From: an uncultured Verrucomicrobiae bacterium
GTDB lineage: Bacteria; Verrucomicrobiota; Verrucomicrobiia; Chthoniobacterales; JAFAMB01
Direction: 5' to 3'
Assembly: GCA_963762565.1 (NCBI GenBank)
Contig: CAVXLD010000012.1
Span: 416,001-480,000 of the forward strand
Length of the DNA stretch: 64,000 nt
The notes under the pieces are model-generated. The model searched no databases, was not told where the DNA came from, and worked only from the letters and a program-made list of their open reading frames with translations. The position numbers were made by a program, and so were the translations under genes. Below, piece after piece: positions 37,813 to 46,895 of this stretch (its first letter is position 1; every line of letters starts with the position of its first letter).

Positions 37813-39765
37813 TCAGAACCTCTGCTGCAGATCATTCCTTCGATAGACTTCGATGAGTTCTTCGAGTTGCTTGATCACTTGCACCAAATAGCGACCGCGC
37901 TGACTGTCCGCGACCCGTTTCGGCTTTGGCCATTCTCTGACCACGGTGATGCTCGGGATAATATCCGCTCCTTTACTAATAGCGGCTTCCACCGATTCAA
38001 AATGATGGTGCTTGGCTAAGAATGTCCGATGAGCCTCTAAGACCAGCGTGAATCCGTGATCGCCATAGGCTTCGGAGAACGCTCCATCGATGGTGATAGC
38101 CTTCCCGCTCTTTTTTAGAGGCGATTCGCCTTTTTCCACCTCGACCGGGACATGTCCGTTTACGATCAAGCCTTGTTCAATCGGTACCCCGAACTCAGAA
38201 AGAACTTTGTCGCAGAACCACACTTCATGGATCAGGCGGAAATACGGGTTCTTGGTTTCGACATGGGTCTTAGAATCTTTGATCAAGTCTCGCTCCAAAG
38301 TCGTGATTCGATCCTTCCCAAAAAGGGGTGACGCCGGGCCGCTCCATAGATACCAGAGCAGGTCTGGTTCTTCCTTCAGCGGTCCATCGAGCAGCCGGTA
38401 GACATAAGATTCGATGGCATCGAACAGCGCCCGTCCTGCATAGGACTTCCCATTGATCATCATCGGCAAGAAATCACCGTTTTGGTCAACCGGAACGCAG
38501 CCGTGAAAAATAAGATGTTCCTGACGCCGGACATACATCTCCCCGTGCGTGACCATCCACCGTATCTGGTCCCATAACTTTTGGCTGGTCATAAACGAGC
38601 GCCGGATTCGTTCCAGGCAAAGTGTTTCTTCGGTGGTCAGCCTGTAAGGATCAGTTGGATCGATCGTCGGAAAATGGGTGTCTAGGAGCGGGTAAGAAAC
38701 GCCGTCTACTTCAATTGTCCCGGCTTCATAATTTATCCGATGTAAAAGACGCCGATGCTCGAGCCCCCACTCCGGGTGGCGCGCGATCATTTGGCCTTCC
38801 AATTTGAAAAGCATAATTGACGCTGCTTTTTGCATGCGAGCCATCATGCTCTTCTCGCGCAGGCCGGTTCCTCTGGTTTCGAAATGTTCCGCCAGATCAT
38901 CCGCGTAAACAGTGCGGGCAAGAACCTCGAGAGGTTGCATGGGAATTCCGTATCCTTCTTCTAACTGACTGAGTCGGCGATATCGGAGCGAAATTCGTAA
39001 CACCTGACAGATGAGGGCTCGATGCCCGAGGCAAGCGCCCAGCCATTCCATATCGTGATTGCCCCAAACAAACGACACGTTTGGCTGTTGCATGAGATAG
39101 TCCATCACCCGATCCCCTCTCGGACCGCGATCCCAGGCATCGCCTCCTATGATCAATTCGTCGATGGCCAGGTTGCGGATGACGCGTCCGGTTAAGTGGA
39201 TGACATGGAGAACGCGTCCCCGGCGAGTTAATTCGTCGACGATGGCATCGGCATAAGACCGGTCGCGTTCCGACGACGGTTCATGAAGTATCTCTGCCAA
39301 TAGCTCCCGATATTCTTTCGGAAAAACCCGCATCGAATGTTTCAGACTGCGGCGGGATGCCAATACCCTGACGATATGAAAAAGAAGGTGCAACGTGCGC
39401 GTCGCGTAGTCTTTCCGATCCTGTTCCGAGGTTAGAGTTTGCTCGAGACGGCCGATAACTTCTGCTGGATAGAAAACCAGAGTAAGAATTTCCTGAAATT
39501 GTTCGGGTGGTATCCGGTCTTTTAGCAAGCGCTCGACCAAAGGCCGCAAGGTTCCCGACGCGTTATTAATGACGTGGCGGAGTTTTTTGTCTTCGCCGTG
39601 AATATCGCTGATCACATGGATCGTTCCTCGCGGCAGAGTGAGTTCCGCGGTAAAACGTGCAATCTCGGCGATCGCCCGATCGATGTTCGGTATCTCGCGA
39701 GCTAGCGATGCCAACTTAGCCAGTTCCACCTCTCGAAGCTCGGCCTGGTCTTTTTGCGGTTCCAT
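37813..39765 (-). CDS. fbp: Fructose-1,6-bisphosphatase class III (Firmicutes-type)
   Basis: LPRGTIHVISDIHGE, NNASG, GDAWDRGP, WGNHD, FHGCVP, WYLWSGPASPLFGKD, NGHVPV, IDGAFSEAY. Confidence 0.88.
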   Translation of the reverse strand: MEPQKDQAELREVELAKLASLAREIPNIDRAIAEIARFTAELTLPRGTIHVISDIHGEDKKLRHVINNASGTLRPLVERLLKDRIPPEQFQEILTLVFYPAEVIGRLEQTLTSEQDRKDYATRTLHLLFHIVRVLASRRSLKHSMRVFPKEYRELLAEILHEPSSERDRSYADAIVDELTRRGRVLHVIHLTGRVIRNLAIDELIIGGDAWDRGPRGDRVMDYLMQQPNVSFVWGNHDMEWLGACLGHRALICQVLRISLRYRRLSQLEEGYGIPMQPLEVLARTVYADDLAEHFETRGTGLREKSMMARMQKAASIMLFKLEGQMIARHPEWGLEHRRLLHRINYEAGTIEVDGVSYPLLDTHFPTIDPTDPYRLTTEETLCLERIRRSFMTSQKLWDQIRWMVTHGEMYVRRQEHLIFHGCVPVDQNGDFLPMMINGKSYAGRALFDAIESYVYRLLDGPLKEEPDLLWYLWSGPASPLFGKDRITTLERDLIKDSKTHVETKNPYFRLIHEVWFCDKVLSEFGVPIEQGLIVNGHVPVEVEKGESPLKKSGKAITIDGAFSEAYGDHGFTLVLEAHRTFLAKHHHFESVEAAISKGADIIPSITVVREWPKPKRVADSQRGRYLVQVIKQLEELIEVYRRNDLQQRF

Positions 39766-39816
39766 AACGGGGGTGCTCTCATTTTACACGCGTTTGCCCA
39801 GAGTGTGTGCGAAAAA

Positions 39817-40029
39817 CCGTGGAGCGCGCCTTGCTTGCAAGGCCGAAGGGATCGCCACCCGTGGAGCGCGCCTTGCTTGCAAGGCCGAAGGGATCGCCAC
39901 CCGTGGAGCGCGCCTTGCTTGCAAGGCCGAAGGGGTCGCCACCCGTGGAGCGCGCCTTGCTTGCAAGGCCGAAGGGGTCGCCACCCGTGGAGCGCGCCTT
40001 GCTTGCAAGGCCGAAGGGGTCGCCACCCG
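39817..40029. repeat. Tandem array of 5 x 42 bp REP D-variant units
   Basis: CCGTGGAGCGCGCCTTGCTTGCAAGGCCGAAGGG(A/G)TCGCCAC starting at 39817, 39859, 39901, 39943, 39985; no spacers. Confidence 0.97.
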
Positions 40030-40071
40030 ACATGCCTTGACCTTTCCCCGCCATCATGGAAACAACGAAAC

Positions 40072-40968
40072 GTGTCCCAAATCACCAAGCGCCCGGAAGC
40101 AGAGGTTGCTGTCGACATCGAAACCGTCCGCGCCTTACTCAGAACTCAGCATCCTGATCTTTCTGAGTTACCCCTCGCTGAGGTCGCCGTCGGGTGGGAT
40201 AACTTTATATTTCGGTTAGGTGAAGCGATGGCGGTTCGCCTCCCGCGCCGGGCTGCCAGCGCTACCCTTTTAGAGCACGAACAACACTGGCTGCCTATCA
40301 TTGCACGCCACCTGCCGATATCCGTGCCCGCGCCTTTACGCATAGGAACACCCGGGGAACAATATCCCTGGCAATGGAGCATCGTACCTTGGCTTTCGGG
40401 ACAACCCGCTGACCTTGCACCTCTTGATGCAGATCAGGCAAAACCGTTAGCACATTTCCTCCGCGCTCTGCACATCGCCGCGCCGCCGGACGCCCCAAAA
40501 AATCCGTCCAGAGGGGTACCGCTTCAACAGAGAGCAGCTGCGGTAGAGGAACGCATGCATCGTCTCGCCCAAAAGACCTCGTTGGCGAATTCAACTATAA
40601 CCAAGGTGTGGGAATCGGCTTTGCAAGCACCACCGGCTGATCTGGTCACCTGGTTCCACGGTGACCTCCATCCGCAAAACGTCTTAGTCGAACACGGCAA
40701 ACTGGTGGCCGTAATTGACTGGGCCGATATCGCGGCAGGAGATCCCGCAACAGATCTTGGCTCCATCTGGATGTTGCTCCCGACTGTGGCGGCTCGCGAA
40801 ACTGCCATTTCCGAATACGGCAACGTTTCGTCTGCCACCTGGTCACGAGCGCTGGGCTGGGCAATCAACCTCGGCACGCTGCTCTTAGAGACAGGTCTAG
40901 TGGATAATCCACGTCATGCCAAGATCGGTGAACTTACGCTCCAGCGGATTGTCGAAGGGCCACATTAG
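40072..40968 (+). CDS. Aminoglycoside phosphotransferase (APH) family kinase
   Basis: GWDN, VRLPRR, HGDLHPQN (Brenner motif), VIDW, GDPATDL; start at GTG 40072 because the upstream extension is tandem repeat. Confidence 0.88.
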   Translation: MSQITKRPEAEVAVDIETVRALLRTQHPDLSELPLAEVAVGWDNFIFRLGEAMAVRLPRRAASATLLEHEQHWLPIIARHLPISVPAPLRIGTPGEQYPWQWSIVPWLSGQPADLAPLDADQAKPLAHFLRALHIAAPPDAPKNPSRGVPLQQRAAAVEERMHRLAQKTSLANSTITKVWESALQAPPADLVTWFHGDLHPQNVLVEHGKLVAVIDWADIAAGDPATDLGSIWMLLPTVAARETAISEYGNVSSATWSRALGWAINLGTLLLETGLVDNPRHAKIGELTLQRIVEGPH

Positions 40969-41378
40969 AGCTCCGTAAATGGATTGAAGACTTTCAGCCC
41001 CCGATTTTGAAAATCTTGATCCTCCGACGCAATAACCAGCCCATGCTGGATTGCCGTTGCGGCGATGTAGCTATCAATGATTGGCATGACCTGGCCAGCT
41101 TTTTCCTGTTTCACATGGAGATCTGCCCACACATGGGCTGTAGTCGTCGTGAAATTGAGGACGCGTTCACCAAAGTTTGAAAGTAACCGGGTTAACCACT
41201 CTTGGAGTCGCTTCCTTTCAGCCCCGCTCTTCGTCCTGACCCAATGCGCAAGTTGGGAGATCACAATCGAAGAAGTGTAACAGTTGGTACTCTCCTGCTT
41301 AAGCCAGGTGAGCACACGTACGTTCGGCTGTCGTCTTGCTGTCTCGCTGATTACGTTTGTATCCAAAAGCCAGTTCAC
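40965..41378 (-). CDS. vapC: PIN-domain VapC toxin
   Basis: WLLDTNVISE, DSYIAATA, DQDF, FNPF. Confidence 0.9.
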   Translation of the reverse strand: MNWLLDTNVISETARRQPNVRVLTWLKQESTNCYTSSIVISQLAHWVRTKSGAERKRLQEWLTRLLSNFGERVLNFTTTTAHVWADLHVKQEKAGQVMPIIDSYIAATAIQHGLVIASEDQDFQNRGLKVFNPFTEL

Positions 41379-41611
41379 GGCACTTTCTTCTGGTAGACTT
41401 CCGATGAGCGAGGGGGCGGGAAATCGTCATCCGCCACGCCGGGGGCCGCTGCTAGAATATATTCCCAGTCGATTCCTTTCACACTCCTGCGCAAGATCAC
41501 AGCGCTCTCCTTCTCATCAAAACTCCAGATGAGTTCATCTCCAGGTCGGATTGAATCAATTTCCGCGGGAATGCGGATCCTTCGTTTTTCATCAACCAAC
41601 AGAGTCGCCAT
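41375..41611 (-). CDS. AbrB/MazE-type antitoxin
   Basis: VDEKRRIRIP...IRPGDEL; 4-nt overlap with vapC. Confidence 0.8.
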   Translation of the reverse strand: MATLLVDEKRRIRIPAEIDSIRPGDELIWSFDEKESAVILRRSVKGIDWEYILAAAPGVADDDFPPPRSSEVYQKKVP

Positions 41612-41646
41612 GTGGGAATCATTTCCCACATTCGGCGACACGTCAA
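41610..41646 (-). promoter_or_regulatory. TA promoter with palindromic operator; probably leaderless
   Basis: TTGACG-N17-AATGAT-N6-ATG; perfect IR ATGTGGGAA-TCAT-TTCCCACAT overlapping the -10 and the start. Confidence 0.65.
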
Positions 41647-41741
41647 TCTAATGCTCCTTGGAATCCGTCTTTGCGTGAGATTTTTTCTTTTTGTGGTTGC
41701 GGCGCAGCCCGTTGGTTGTTCGTGGTAAAATTAAAGTGCGC

Positions 41742-42833
41742 TCAGGCGACCTTGGCCAACCTGGTTTGACCGGCTAGCTCTTTCCTAACCAAAGGCGCCA
41801 CTTGCGTCCCCAGGAGCTCAATGGCCCGCATGGTTTTCCGATGCCCAATCATGCCGCCGTTCAACAAAATCGTCAATCGGCCGATCCCGCCTAACACGTT
41901 GTTCTCGTAGATGATTTTCTCCGCGATCGTCTCCGGATCACCAATCAGCAGGGCGCCGGTGGGTCCTCGGCTGGCGTCAAATTGAGCCCGGCTAATCGGA
42001 GGCCAACCGCGTTCTTTACCGATCCGGTTAAACAATTCCGAGTAAGACGGGTAAAAATCTTCTGCTGCTTGCTCGGTCGTATCGGCAATAAACCCGATTG
42101 AGTGAATGCTAACGTCTAGGTCCGCGGGGCGTGAGGACGTGGGACCGTCCCCTTCAGCCGTATGACCAGCTCGTTCACCGCTTTCGCGATAAAAGTCGAT
42201 TAAAGGACGGAACCGCCGTGGTTCACCACCAATAATCGCCACGGCTAGCGGTAACCCAAGTAAACCTGCCCGCGCAAAAGATTGAGGTGTACCACCCACA
42301 CCGACTCGGATCGGTAAAAGATTTTGTACGGGGCGCGGATAAACTCCTTGCCCGGTCAAGGCGGGGCGATGTTTCCCAGACCAATGGACCTGGGTGTTTT
42401 CTCGAATCTTAAGCAGAAGCGCTAACTTCTCCGTGAAAAGCGAGTCGTAATCGTCCAGATCAAATCCAAACAGCGGATACGATTCGATGAATGAGCCCCG
42501 ACCCACAATAATTTCGGCTCGCCCCTCCGAGATAAGATCGAGTGTGGCGAACTGTTGAAAGACCCGCACCGGATCTTCGGAACTCAGAACGGTGACGGCG
42601 CTGGTTAATCGGATCTGTTTTGTACGCGCGGCTGCCGCCGCCAAAATAACGGCCGGTGCCGAAGCTACAAACTCCGCCCGATGATGTTCGCCGATCCCAA
42701 ACACATCCAGACCGACCTGATCCGCGAGTTCGATCTCTTCGAGCAAATCCTTGACCCGCTGGACCTGGGTAGACGCAGCGCCATTCCCTGTCTTCAGGCT
42801 AGTCTCAACAAAGCTATCAATACCAATCTGCAT
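41742..42833 (-). CDS. LLM class flavin-dependent oxidoreductase (luciferase-like)
   Basis: FGIGEHHR, LTSAVTVLSSEDPVRVFQQFATLD, GRGSFIESYPLFG. Confidence 0.92.
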   Translation of the reverse strand: MQIGIDSFVETSLKTGNGAASTQVQRVKDLLEEIELADQVGLDVFGIGEHHRAEFVASAPAVILAAAAARTKQIRLTSAVTVLSSEDPVRVFQQFATLDLISEGRAEIIVGRGSFIESYPLFGFDLDDYDSLFTEKLALLLKIRENTQVHWSGKHRPALTGQGVYPRPVQNLLPIRVGVGGTPQSFARAGLLGLPLAVAIIGGEPRRFRPLIDFYRESGERAGHTAEGDGPTSSRPADLDVSIHSIGFIADTTEQAAEDFYPSYSELFNRIGKERGWPPISRAQFDASRGPTGALLIGDPETIAEKIIYENNVLGGIGRLTILLNGGMIGHRKTMRAIELLGTQVAPLVRKELAGQTRLAKVA

Positions 42834-42854
42834 TGTATCAAAGTTACAGGATTA

Positions 42855-42885
42855 ATATTGATGCATATTATATCGATGTCAATAT
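42855..42885 (-). promoter_or_regulatory. AT-rich promoter/operator upstream of the LLM gene
   Basis: Minus strand TTGACA (42882-42877) with AATATT 17 nt downstream; IR ATATTGA...TCAATAT. Confidence 0.5.
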
Positions 42886-42944
42886 ATGTGCGTCAAGTCT
42901 CACCCAGCGCTTCGTTCTCGGATGGAAATTTAGGCCGACGGCCC

Positions 42945-43054
42945 GGGAGGGATCGCGTCCCCGCGATCCGTTGGTATCGAAGTTGGGCATGTGTTGTAGT
43001 CGCGGACGAAAATACACCATTGGCTTGTGGCACGTCCTCGCGGCGCGCGGGGAC
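42945..43054. repeat. Family B REP doublet, empty allele
   Basis: GGGAGGGATCGCGTCCCCGCGATCC ... GGCACGTCCTCGCGGCGCGCGGGGAC; interior homologous to 12766 and 59076. Confidence 0.88.
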
Positions 43055-43181
43055 TACGAATCCGAGAATTGCTGCTCAAGAGGTAAAGGGTGAATTGCAC
43101 GTGAAGTTAGGGTGAAGTACGCGACCGCTGGCAATGCCTTCGGCGTCTTTTAGCCTGTGCACAGTTGCAATTTGGACTAGG

Positions 43182-43356
43182 CAGTACTCCAAAACCCCAG
43201 TATCCCATCGCTCCGCTCGACCGGATTCGAGGACAGCCTGTCCGACGAACCCCAAGCTCTATATTGCCGACCGCTCAAGTCGGCCTCGCAAGCGAGGCAC
43301 GCTCCACAGGCCGGACGCTGGCGAAGTCGGAAGGACGAGGAGGAGAACGAGAACGA
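43182..43356 (+). repeat. Composite nested repeat: F site filled by cassette E (43235-43331), which carries REP D
   Basis: CCGGATTCGAGGAC[AGCCTGTCCGACG...CGGCCTCGCAAGCGAGGCACGCTCCAC...GGCGAAGTCGGA]AGGACGAGG. Confidence 0.88.
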
Positions 43357-43454
43357 AGGCGCCGGGCCGCAATACGCTCCTCCTAGCTCCTAGATTCTAG
43401 CTCCTAGCTCCTTCCTTTTGTCACCTTTGTGATCTTGCTGTACGAGTATCTTGT

Positions 43455-44423
43455 ATGAACTACCGGACGCTGGGCAGGACAGGATTGCAGTTCTCGGAAA
43501 TCGGATTCGGCGCGTGGGGGATCGGAAAGGGGGCATGGATCGGCGCCGAGGACGATGAATCGAGCAAGGCCTTGAATAAGGCGATCGATCTCGGCCTTAA
43601 CTTCATCGATACGGCTCTGGTGTACGGAGATGGTCACAGTGAAAGCCTGGTGGGGAAGGTCGTGAAAGGGCGTTCTGAGACCATCTACGTTGCCAGCAAA
43701 ATCCCTCCCAAGAATTTTCAGTGGCCAGCTCAACGCGGTGTCTCCGTCAAAGAAGCGTTCCCGGCTGATCACGTTATCGCGTCAACGGAAGAGAGCTTAA
43801 AAAATCTTGGGTTAGACACCATCGACGTACAACAATTCCATGTCTGGTCGGATGAATGGGCGGATAAGGGTGATTGGCTCGATGCGATTCAGAAGCTCAA
43901 AAAAGATGGGAAGATTCGATTTTTCGGGGTCTCCATTAACGATAACCAGCCGGAGAACGCGATCCGCCTCATTGAAACCGGAGCGGTCGATACCGTTCAG
44001 GTCATCCACAATATTTTCGAGCAAGCCCCGGAAGACCACCTCTATCCAGCTTGTGAGAAGCATCAGGTCGGCGTCATTGTCCGGGTACCGTTTGACGAAG
44101 GAAGCCTGACCGGCAAAATCACGCCCGATACTAAATTTGATTCGGCCGATTTCCGGAGCCGGTATTTTCGTGGGGAACGAAAAAAAGAAGTGTACGATCG
44201 AGTACAAAAGATCGTTTCCGATCTCGGGATCACGTTGGATCAAATGCCAGAAATCGCACTACGCTATGTGTTGAGCCATCCTGCGGTCTCAACCGTAATC
44301 CCCGGAATGCGTTCGGTTCGAAACGTGGAACGAAATTGCGCGGTAGGCGACGGCAAAGGATTAACCCAAGACCAGGTTAACAAGCTCAAAGCTCACCGTT
44401 GGCCGCATACCTTTTACGGGTAG
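43455..44423 (+). CDS. Aldo/keto reductase
   Basis: [38 protein letters not shown]. Confidence 0.92.
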   Translation: MNYRTLGRTGLQFSEIGFGAWGIGKGAWIGAEDDESSKALNKAIDLGLNFIDTALVYGDGHSESLVGKVVKGRSETIYVASKIPPKNFQWPAQRGVSVKEAFPADHVIASTEESLKNLGLDTIDVQQFHVWSDEWADKGDWLDAIQKLKKDGKIRFFGVSINDNQPENAIRLIETGAVDTVQVIHNIFEQAPEDHLYPACEKHQVGVIVRVPFDEGSLTGKITPDTKFDSADFRSRYFRGERKKEVYDRVQKIVSDLGITLDQMPEIALRYVLSHPAVSTVIPGMRSVRNVERNCAVGDGKGLTQDQVNKLKAHRWPHTFYG

Positions 44424-44464
44424 AAGAAGATGCCGGTGATCTTGCCACGAAGTGGCAGCAGAAT

Positions 44465-44678
44465 GGGGAGGGCGCGCTGCCTGTCCGCCATAGCTTTAGC
44501 GACGGAGGATCCCCGCGCGCCGCGAGGACGTGCCAACAACCTAAAGGTGTATTTTTGTCCGCGATTACCGCACGTACCAGGCTTCGGTAACAAAGGATCG
44601 CGGGGATCCGACGTCGCCAACGATTGCAAGAAAGACCTGGAGAGAGAAGGCTATGTCGGACAGGCAGCGATCCCTCCC
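44465..44678. repeat. Family B REP doublet with cassette E in both REPs (44478-44509 and 44607-44666)
   Basis: Both hairpin loops are interrupted by (T)GCCTGTCCG...GGA cassettes. Confidence 0.9.
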
Positions 44679-44694
44679 GGGCCATCGGCCTGCA

Positions 44695-46125
44695 TCAATC
44701 CGGCGCCGCGCGCAAAGTGAGCAACGCCTCGGCCCCCTGGTGATCTCTGCGGTTACGGACCACTACCGTCCCGTGATGCAATTGAGCGACCTCCCGAGCG
44801 AAACAAAGCCCGAGTCCCGAGCTTCTCTTGCCAGTCGACGGCCTGGCTAACGAGTAGAAACGATCAAAAATTTTAGATAGAGCGTAGTCCGGTATCCCTG
44901 GTCCTTCGTCTAAAATTCGGACCAGAACCATTTTGCTTTCTCGCTCCACTGACACCATAACCGTCCCGGCTGAGGGCGAAAATTCGTTTGCGTTCTGAAG
45001 CAAGTTAGTAACCGCGTTTTCTATCAGAAACTCGTCGCCGATCACCATCGCTTGCCGGTTCGGAGTAAAGTCAATTGTCACCGCAGTCGCGCGTTCCCGG
45101 ATCCGACGAACGACGCGTTCGACGATCCCGGATAAGTCGGCCCGCTGCGGTGCATCCAGTTTTTTGCGGTTTTCGATCACGGAAAGAGCCACCAACTCAT
45201 CGATCAACCGTTGGAGCCGGGTGGATTCCGATAAAATATTCGTCAAGAAGCGGGTTTGCTGTTCTGGAGCCATCTCTTCTTGGAGTAATTCCGAAGCACC
45301 ACTGATCGCTGCTACCGGCGCTTTCATCTCATGGCTTAAGGCTTGGACATAAGATTGGACATACTTTCGTCCTTCCAACGCGTCTCGCATCTGCTCCAGC
45401 GACTCTCCCAAAACCCGCAGATGCTGTCCGGGAAGCCGCAACGGGGCCGGCCGTTCACCTTTGGAGATAGCGATGGCATGCCGGGTGAGTTGCGCCAGCG
45501 GTGCCGTAACCCATCGGGACAAGGCGGCGCCTATCCCGGTGCATACCACCACGACACTCAATCCGACCAGCGTCAAGGTACGCTCGGTGTCCGCCAGAAA
45601 TTCTTGCACGTCGCGCTGCGGTTTGTAGACCGAGACCACCCCCCATAAATGTCCGTCGACCATGATCGGAGCTGCTACGTACAAAATCGCCCCTTTAGGA
45701 TTGGACTCCTGCACTGTCGTCCGCGCTCCATAAAGTCCTTGCAAGGTCATGGCCACATCGTGAAACGCCTTAAAATCGTGTCCCACATTTTCTGGATGCC
45801 CGGAATCGAATTGCACAATTCCATTGGCATCGGTGACGTACAGATCCATTGAGATCCGAGTCTTAAGTCGGCTATAAATTTGTGCCTGTAAATGTCTTTG
45901 GTTGGCGGCGTGGAACCCGCGTTCCCAGGCGTTGCTAAAGCTCCCGGTCGACTTAACCTCGTCAGCAATCACGCCGGCGATCACTTCGGCCGTATCAACC
46001 ATCGGTTCTTCCACCGCCTCGCGATAAGCTTGTCCGACTCGCTTGGAAACGAGACTGAGAAATAAAAGTACTCCGGCAATCGATAGGATCAGAGATCCGA
46101 GAAGGATTCGCGCGCTGATGCTCAC
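44695..46125 (-). CDS. creC: Sensor histidine kinase CreC
   Basis: VEEPMVDTA, YVTDANGIVQFDS, TLQGLYGART, LEGRKYVQSYVQALSHEMKAP, RFYSLARP. Confidence 0.9.
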   Translation of the reverse strand: MSISARILLGSLILSIAGVLLFLSLVSKRVGQAYREAVEEPMVDTAEVIAGVIADEVKSTGSFSNAWERGFHAANQRHLQAQIYSRLKTRISMDLYVTDANGIVQFDSGHPENVGHDFKAFHDVAMTLQGLYGARTTVQESNPKGAILYVAAPIMVDGHLWGVVSVYKPQRDVQEFLADTERTLTLVGLSVVVVCTGIGAALSRWVTAPLAQLTRHAIAISKGERPAPLRLPGQHLRVLGESLEQMRDALEGRKYVQSYVQALSHEMKAPVAAISGASELLQEEMAPEQQTRFLTNILSESTRLQRLIDELVALSVIENRKKLDAPQRADLSGIVERVVRRIRERATAVTIDFTPNRQAMVIGDEFLIENAVTNLLQNANEFSPSAGTVMVSVERESKMVLVRILDEGPGIPDYALSKIFDRFYSLARPSTGKRSSGLGLCFAREVAQLHHGTVVVRNRRDHQGAEALLTLRAAPD

Positions 46126-46895
46126 AATTCTTCCAGCAGCGAATAACCGAAGCCGCGCCGGGTCTGGATCGCGTCGATCTCAGGGCGAACCTGACGCATT
46201 TTCGATCTTAGGCTTTTGATGTGCGCGTCTACCGTGCGCTCCATCGAAGCCTCTGGTTCTTCCCAGGCTGCTTCCATTAGCTGAGCACGCGAATACACTC
46301 GCCCGGGTGCACTGGCTAGAATCTCGAGCAGCCGAAATTCATATCGGGATAAGATTAACGGTTCGCCAAAATAACGTACTACCTTGCGTTGCTGATCAAT
46401 CGACAGGGCCGTGGAACGCTGCCTCGCTTCCGCCGCCGCTTCGCTATGGCGCGACGAGTCCGAGGCCGACTCGGTCGGAACTGCAGGCTCCTTCCGTTCG
46501 TTGACGGCGCTGCCGGCGTTCACAACCCGCCGCAAGATGGCCCGGATCCGGGCGCTTAGTTCCCGCGGCCGGAAGGGCTTGGACACATAATCATCGCCTC
46601 CGATCTCAAGCCCTACCACCCGGTCAACCTCTTCGGATCGCGCCGTGAGAAAAAGAATGGGGACGCTCGAAGTCATCCGTATCCGCCGGCAGACCTCGAA
46701 CCCGTTCATGTCCGGCAGCCCAATGTCCAATACAACGAGATCGAACGCTTCTCTGGCTAGCAGGTTCAGAGCTTCACCGCCGGTCCCGCAGCGCTCGGTG
46801 ATGCAACCGTCGGTCTCCAACGGAAACTGAATGGTATCCGCAATCGAAGCTTCATCTTCGACGATCAAAATGCGGGGTCCGCCTGGTGCCTTCAT
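46122..46895 (-). CDS. creB: Response regulator CreB, with a REP-derived linker insertion
   Basis: ILIVEDE, LDIGLPD, GDDYVSKPF, LSRYEF, RTVDAHIKSLR; ATG 46895 overlaps the creD stop (ATGA). Confidence 0.88.
   Translation of the reverse strand: MKAPGGPRILIVEDEASIADTIQFPLETDGCITERCGTGGEALNLLAREAFDLVVLDIGLPDMNGFEVCRRIRMTSSVPILFLTARSEEVDRVVGLEIGGDDYVSKPFRPRELSARIRAILRRVVNAGSAVNERKEPAVPTESASDSSRHSEAAAEARQRSTALSIDQQRKVVRYFGEPLILSRYEFRLLEILASAPGRVYSRAQLMEAAWEEPEASMERTVDAHIKSLRSKMRQVRPEIDAIQTRRGFGYSLLEEL

Noticed and set aside
39817..40029. CRISPR array
   Set aside because: Units are contiguous and near-identical with no unique spacers, and there are no cas genes in the window
39638..40219. Repetitive peptides (e.g. 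GDPFGLASKARSTG) as multi-core RiPP precursors
   Set aside because: The 42 bp DNA repeat is open in all six frames, has almost no synonymous variation and matches intergenic REP D; no RiPP enzymes nearby
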